A stretch of 63,796 nt of DNA, the filler included, from Klebsormidium nitens (Eukaryota; Plantae; Klebsormidiophyceae): NCBI GenBank assembly GCA_000708835.1. It is 5 parts of 5 records of this genome, joined end to end, with 100 filler letters (N's around TTAATTAATTAA, not from the genome) between each part and the next. Parts side by side here need not be neighbours in the genome. Positions count along the whole stretch, not along the records: positions 54,694 to 60,448 come from DF238403.1; positions 60,549 to 63,796 come from DF238620.1; 3 more parts are not named here. One strand, 5' to 3'. The notes beneath the pieces were generated by a model. That model was not told the origin of the DNA. It did no database searches and saw only the letters and a list, made by a program, of their open reading frames with translations. Below, piece by piece: positions 57,701-63,796 of the stretch. How positions within the stretch are numbered: position 1 is the stretch's first letter; every line of letters starts with the position of its first letter. The position numbers were made by a program, and so were the translations under genes.

Positions 57701-60020
57701 CATAAGTTGTAGTATGTGCGCGATGATCCAATCTTTACCTCTTGCGACCAGTACAAGTCGTATATGTGGGCAATTTGCCACAGCCCCAACCATCGGGTCC
57801 AGCAAGGGGGTGGCCCTTGCGGGCACGCGGCGGAGAGACTCTTCGCAGCGCTCAACTCCGCGAAATCCCGGGCCGTGAGCTCGCTGACTCGAACGGGCCT
57901 TCGCAGCAGCGACACCTCGGGGTCGTGAACCTGCCAGGAGTCCGCCGGGCGAACGAGCTTGGGCACCTCCAGCTGCACGCCCTCAGCTTCCATGGGCAAC
58001 ACCGTTGCAGCACCGCGAAAGGCACCATGCGTGCACACGTTCGAGGGGCACACGCAGATGTTACACACCGGAATTGAGACCGCGTTCCGATCATCGAACT
58101 GGGGAGCGCTCTCCGTTCCCCGCCCCCTCTCCTCGGCTGTTTCCGACTCAGCCTTCCCCGCGCTGCCCGTTGCAGCATTCGACCCCTCCGTCTCTATGCC
58201 TTGTGCCGCCCAGAACGATTTGGTTCTCCGTTTGCCCGATTTCGCACTCGCCTTTCCAACGCCACTGGAGTCTTCTCCTTGCTCCGATCGGACTCGCTTT
58301 CCGTTCGTTTGAGCAGACGCGCAGCACCTCGCTGCGCAGGGCTCCTCGTCCACATCAGCGCCGCCGAACACCCTCGGATGCTGCTTGCAGAAGCAACTTG
58401 GCCCTTTGCATGCGGCCCTCTCGTGACTGCCAACGACCAGCTCCGCAAGGTACCCGTCCACGTCGGCGTCTGGCGCACACTGCCCGCTCTGCGCCACGCA
58501 GTCACCGCCCCGGCTATCCCCTAGACCGTCCTTCAAAGACGTTTTTGCGAGCTCGAGCTGCTCCTCTGAAAACGAACTCCTGCTGAGCTTTTCCACACCG
58601 CTCGATTCGCTCAAAGCTCGCTTCACCCTTTGGATGTGCGAACAGTCAGCCGTCTTGCTGCATCCGCTCTTCCTCCCCTCACAATACCAGCCCATCTGCG
58701 GCCCCTCTCCATAGTGGACCATGGTCCGCTGAGGTGAGGGCGAACCAGCGTTCCAGTACACCCCAAAAACCCGCTCCCCGGTCCTGTCGCATGCTATCTC
58801 CACCACCCGCGTCCCCTTCTGCAGCGATATGGCGCTAGCCAATCTCGGCGACCCCAATGCCTGTAGCGTAAGTTTATGCACGCAGGGCGCCTGAGAGTAC
58901 AACCGGCCCCGGTCGCAGGTGCAGCTCAGGTTTCCCATGGTGTCCCGATGCACCGTCTCGAGCAACGCGCGCACTTTGCTAGGGCGTCCGAGAGGTTTGG
59001 GTCTCGCGCCGTTGTGATTCCAAGTACTAGCCAGATAGACTGTACCAGCGGATTCCTGCTCGCCGACGCTGTAAAAAGCGCATTCTCCTGATCGGAGGCC
59101 ATCGAGATACATCACAGCTTGGTCGATGGTTGTTCGGCGATCCTCTGCGCCGGACGCGTCGCCGTTTTCTGTGCGTGGTTGTCCCTGCGTCCACACTAGG
59201 AACGTAGTTAGATATTTTGCAAATGGTGGGAGACAAATGCTCCTAACCGCGGTGATATCTATCAGCATAAGATCTCTGACTCTTCTTCTGTTACCGTATG
59301 TGTTTTCTTGTTGTGCACACTTGGATCAAATACGCAGCAATTTCTGGGCTGTAAAAATGCATATGGATAGTGCTTAATCAAACATTCACAAGCAGATGCA
59401 GAGGCTACTAGGGTTTGTAGATCTTCATTCCTGCTTACCTCCACTTGCGCGCTGGATCTTGCTGTCTCCCCCACTTTTCGCCCCCTGTTCACTGCTGCTT
59501 GCGCTGCAGTTGTCTTGCGGCGCCCGCCCGGCCGTTCCTCCTCTGCCTTCTCTCGCAGGTTGCCGATCTCTTCGCCCGACAACTCCTTCAGTTGGCTCCA
59601 TTCCTCCTCCAGTGACTTGCGCTGAAACCAGATTTCAACTGAACCCGCCGAGCCCCGGTTGGTCCTTGCTACGCTGATTGTCAGTTTGTCACCACATTGG
59701 GTGACATGACCGAAATGCCGCTTGACGCACTCCAAACACAGAGGCTGGCGCTTTCTCTGACCCTTGGCAACTGATTCGGGTGAGCTGATTGCAAAGCCCT
59801 TCAATGCTTGGCTTTTCCGGAATGTGAGTTGGTAGTCTTTTGTCAGAACTGTTTGTTTGCAAAGCGAGCACTTGGTAGCCAGTGAGTTAGCGGGAATGGT
59901 TCCGTAGGCTCGTGGATCTACAATAATGTTGCCACAGTTGACCTCCCTCTGACTCGCCGGGTGCAAGCTATGAGTCGAAATGTTTGGTCGGGCCACGCTG
60001 AAACCCGGGGTTGGTTGCAT
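54797..60020 (-). mobile_element. KDZ (Kyakuja-Dileera-Zisupton) transposase gene, Zisupton-like, with introns; 3' end beyond the contig
   Basis: SWIM-like CTC..CVH and second C..C..CSH motifs; CSLCGPHPE|VLLCDG (first Asp); HTKGGFVFSCPHCVIYGFHVM.RGESPRD; IHDNAC (second Asp); REPAFF..FLVD|RFH..H.C across a 143-nt intron (54998-54856). Confidence 0.8.
56748..57055. repeat. 81-bp minisatellite, about 3.8 copies, inside a transposase intron
   Basis: ATGACGTCAGCA starts at 56748, 56829, 56910 and 56991. Confidence 0.92.
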
Positions 60021-60208
60021 GTTCCCCGAGCTTCTTCAAGATGGCAGAGGGATGGCCGGACTGCTTGCTGGTTAGCGCACAGATGTGGTTCTGAGGGTGC
60101 GAGATTATTTGAAACTCGACTCGGATGCGTAGAAGGTCCAGTTGGATATAAAAAAAATGAGAGAATATTTGACCTTTTATACTCTGACTTCCGGGCAGAC
60201 TGGACCAG

Positions 60209-60313
60209 TTTCGGACGCCGTGCAGCCTGCTTACGTGGTCGGTCGCTCTGTTGGCAGGCCTTTTCGGACGCCCTGTAGCCTGCTTACGTGGTCGGTCGCT
60301 CTGTTGGCAGGCT
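60209..60313. repeat. 53-bp tandem duplication upstream of the KDZ coding region
   Basis: TTTCGGACGCC..AGCCTGCTTACGTGGTCGGTCGCTCTGTTGGCAGGC starts at 60209 and 60262. Confidence 0.85.
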
Positions 60314-60448
60314 TCCAGAACGGTCCAATATTCGGTTGGCGGTCCGGCGGGTTTCTGTCGTGAGATGGGTCAGGCTGTTAACCTCCTCGACCGCCCCGGG
60401 CCCTAAATCGACGCTCTCGGCACCCGGACCGATTCGCTTCCGCGCTCC

Positions 60449-60548
60449 NNNNNNNNNNNNNNNNNNNNNNNNNNNNNNNNNNNNNNNNNNNNTTAATTAA
60501 TTAANNNNNNNNNNNNNNNNNNNNNNNNNNNNNNNNNNNNNNNNNNNN
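60449..60548. other. Artificial contig spacer
   Basis: 44 N + TTAATTAATTAA + 44 N. Confidence 0.97.
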
Positions 60549-60639
60549 AAAATATTACATCTTTTTCAGGTATGGCCTTACATATATACATATCGCCAAA
60601 TCAGAACCGAAAGGAAAACTCTGTACTACTAATCTGTTA

Positions 60640-61729
60640 TAATTCCTTCCCCGGAGAAGAAAAAAAAAATAACAGATTGTAGTATGAGAGTTTGGATCTT
60701 TTGGGAGCTTGCTAATATGTATGTATGCAAGGTCCCCTTCGCGAGGCAGAATCGTGCGAGGGTTCCCCGCCTATACCAAGGTCACCCTTCACCTTCTCCC
60801 TAAGTGCTTGCCGGGTTTTGGAAGTGCTCCTCTTGGAAATGAGGGCCGACAACCCCCAGAAATGCCTTTTATATTGATCTGACGGTGGCGACCTCCGGCA
60901 TAATCTGGCAAAAATTGGCCATATTATGCCACTGAATGCCATTGGCAGGCTACCGCCTTTCGCGGCATACTGCGGCCAAAGCCGGCCGCATTACCCGCAA
61001 CAAAGTTACACTCTACAGAGCGGTGCGGAGCGGTGAGTCACCNNNNNNNNNNNNNNNNNNNNNNNNNNNNNNNNNNNNNNNNNNNNNNNNNNNNNNNNNN
61101 NNNNNNNNNNNNNNNNNNNNNNNNNNNNNNNNNNNNNNNNNNNNNNNNNNNNNNNNNNNNNNNNNNNNNNNNNNNNNNNNNNNNNNNNNNNNNNNNNNNN
61201 NNNNNNNNNNNNNNNNNNNNNNNNNNNNNNNNNNNNNNNNNNNNNNNNNNNNNNNNNNNNNNNNNNNNNNNNNNNNNNNNNNNNNNNNNNNNNNNNNNNN
61301 NNNNNNNNNNNNNNNNNNNNNNNNNNNTAATTCCTTCCCCGGAGAAGAAAAAAAAATAACAGATTGTAGTATGAGAGTTTGGATCCTCCTGGGAGCTTGC
61401 TAATATGTATATATGCAAGGTCCCCTCCGAGGCAAAATCGTGCGAGGGTTCCCCGCCTATACCAAGGTCACCCTTCACCTTCCCCCTAAGTGCTCGCCGG
61501 ATTTCGCGATGTGCTACTTTTGGAAATGAGGTGCGACAACTCCAAAATATGCCTTTTATATTGATCTGACGGTGGCGACCTCCGGCATAATCTGGCAAAA
61601 ATTGGCCATATTCTGCCACTGAAAGCCATTGGCAGGCTACCGCTTTTCGCGGCATACTGCGGCCAAAGCCGGCCGCATTACCCGCAACAAAGTTGCACTC
61701 TACAGAGCGGTGCGGAGCGGTGAGTCACC
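60640..61729. repeat. Diverged ~400-bp direct duplication (60640-61042, 61328-61729) flanking a 285-N scaffold gap
   Basis: Both copies start TAATTCCTTCCCCGGAGAAG and end GCGGTGAGTCACC, with scattered substitutions. Confidence 0.9.
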
Positions 61730-61790
61730 GTGCGGTGCGGTGCGGTGCGGTGCTGCACAGTGCGGTGCGGTTTGGTGCGGTTTGGTGCTG
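61730..61790. repeat. (GCGGT)n degenerate pentanucleotide microsatellite
   Basis: gtgcggtgcggtgcggtgcggtgc...gtgcggtttggtgcggtttggtgc. Confidence 0.8.
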
Positions 61791-62299
61791 TGCGTACTGC
61801 CAGTGCTGGCGACCTCCTTATGTCCGACTCACCTGTCCTCGTGTCCAGTACTCCCTCAGATCAATACATCACAAGCCTGCCTGGTTCAGCATAGCACTCG
61901 AGCTTTCGGTAAGTGTGCCAGCTGCTAAGGGCAGGGAATGGCTGGACGTTGCCACATTGGGTGGCGGCTGCAACTCACGGTGTCCACTGCTTTCTGGGTC
62001 AGCAACTTGGCAATGGCGCGCTGTGGCAGTTGTGGAAGACTGCAAATCAGGTTGCAGGTGCCCCAAATGTCAATATCTCTCCAAACAGCAGAGGAACATT
62101 TTGGGGCGTTGTCCATGAGAAGCTTACAAGTGGGCAATTCAAAGAGAAGAGTAGCTCGGCTAAGCGCCACAGCCGCATGCAAGGGGCAGTCTGAAAAGTG
62201 GCAGATTGGAGGTGAGTTTCCAAAGTGCCCTCGCTTCTCTCTGTTTGCTGATTGCCCCCGCTAATGTTCTGATTGTTTGCTACCTATTGGGCTGATTGG

Positions 62300-63660
62300 A
62301 ACTTGCTGTGGAGCTGAATGAGAGTTTGCTCAGGCTGATCTGGGGCCAGCTGACTGGGTGAGCTGAATTGGGGCTTTCAGTTAGAGCTTTTGGAGCCCGC
62401 TGACTGCCGTCGGGCTGACGTACGTGTTGCTTTGCCGGTCTGCTGCGCGGCTTGTTAGCAGGCTCGCGGACCTACTTTGGGGGCTGTTTTCTCCCTTGCT
62501 ATCTAGGCCAATCACAGAATTGATGCGCCGCTCTTCTGTGGGGCTGCTGGGGGCTGGTTGTGGACGCGCTGCAGAGCTGATTGCGCCCCTGCTGTGGGGC
62601 TGATTGCAGGTACGCTGTGGGGTGCGGGCCCGCTACGAGTTGATTTCGGGCCCACTTTGTGATTCCACGTTTGCCAGGCCCAGAGCTCGCACATGTAGGA
62701 GGGGTTTGAAGGTTCGTTCTGAGTTGAATCTGGTGGTCCCACCAGGTTAATTGAAATGCTCTATTGTCACTGTTGCTGTCTTCAAAAAAAGTCCTTTTTG
62801 TCTTGATTAATAAGTCCTTTTGGGGGATGCTTTTGTGCAACTCTTTGTGAACCTGCTGTGGGATGGTTTTGACCCCTGGTCAGGGCCCGTGGTCAGGTTA
62901 GTTGTTGGTTCTTTTGGGGCCAAATGTGTAAGCAGCTTTTGAGCTGCATTTGGACCTGCGCTTTGGGCTGGTTGGGGGCCCCTGTCAGGCTGGTTTCTGG
63001 GTTTGTTGTGGGCCTATCAGGCCTGCTTTGAGGCTGATTCTGCAATTTGATTTGCTTCATTTGGCATGTTTTTCCTTTGGCGGTGAGAGCACCTTTCTAT
63101 AATTCTCGTCTGATGTGAGGGTACGTATGTTCCAGCAACTTTCAGGTCAATGCTTTCGAGTGATTTAGGAGGCGCACTCATAAAGTAATCTACCCCTGAA
63201 CATGCTTGAATACAACCTCACTTGTGTTGATCGATGGTAAAAGTGCAAAAGTCTCGCGGGCACATTTGCAGTCAACAACACCTCTAGCAGCACGGATGCA
63301 AGGCTTGGGCTTTTGGTCAACACATGTTACTACGTCTTTTTCTTTTCTTCCACCTGTTTCATTTGGGCCCAGGTTTGCATGGCTGATTGTGACCCATGGT
63401 GATGGCGTGGTGTCCGCTGCCGGGCTGATTTTGGGCCTTGTGTCAGTCTGATCAGGGCCCGCTGTCGGGCTGATTCCGAGCCCCTGCCAGACAGATTTGA
63501 CGCCCGCTTGCGGGCTGATTTTGGGCCTGCTGTCGGGGCTGATTGCGGTCCTGCTGTGGGGCTAACTTGAAGCTTGCTGTGGGGGCTTTTCTGTCGCTTG
63601 TTGTAACCGGCTGATTCGCGGGGTGTACAGGTTTTGTGGGGCTAATTTGATGCCCGTAGT
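62300..63660. repeat. Low-complexity region with recurrent GGCTGATT / CTGCTGTGGGG motifs
   Basis: The motif recurs about ten times on one strand in two clusters, with no fixed period. Confidence 0.5.
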
Positions 63661-63796
63661 GAGGTTGTCTATATCCAGCGCCCCCTCTTAACAAGCTCAG
63701 ACGTCATGCACGTTTCAAATGCTCGCGCTCGCAGCCACAATGAGCGCTGACTCGTCATCTCCCACCTTGACATGCAGATTATGGAACTCGAGCTCT

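Noticed and set aside
1-63796. tRNA, rRNA and NCLDV core genes (capsid, PolB, A32 ATPase)
   Set aside because: None were recognised. A tRNAscan-SE or Infernal run would be needed to exclude short RNAs.

Overview
The window is five unrelated contigs joined by an artificial 100-nt spacer (44 N + TTAATTAATTAA + 44 N), so adjacency across spacers is not biological. Contig A (1-24433) is a gene-dense, partly decayed giant-virus (Nucleocytoviricota)-type segment. It carries a cap N7-methyltransferase, an IS607/Fanzor2 element that splits a gene, an intronless plant-type PERK-like receptor kinase, an OTU protease, a UvrD helicase-nuclease, a Nudix hydrolase, RNase III, an MC1-like protein, a ribonucleotide reductase R1 with a spliceosomal intron, a patatin, and a >1800-aa fibre with PA14 and peptidase S74 domains. 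Contig B (24534-46715) is green-plant host DNA: a copia solo LTR, a MITE with an unusually long target duplication, UBC32, SECA2 and a PIN-domain gene. Contig C (46816-54593) is a decayed Ty1/copia element with its 3' LTR. Contig D (54694-60448) is an intron-containing KDZ (Zisupton-like) transposase. Contig E is repetitive. The host is inferred, not shown, to be a streptophyte alga such as Klebsormidium (RLK/Pelle kinase, SECA2, UBC32, TTTTAGGG repeats). All calls come from motif recognition by eye; no database search was run.
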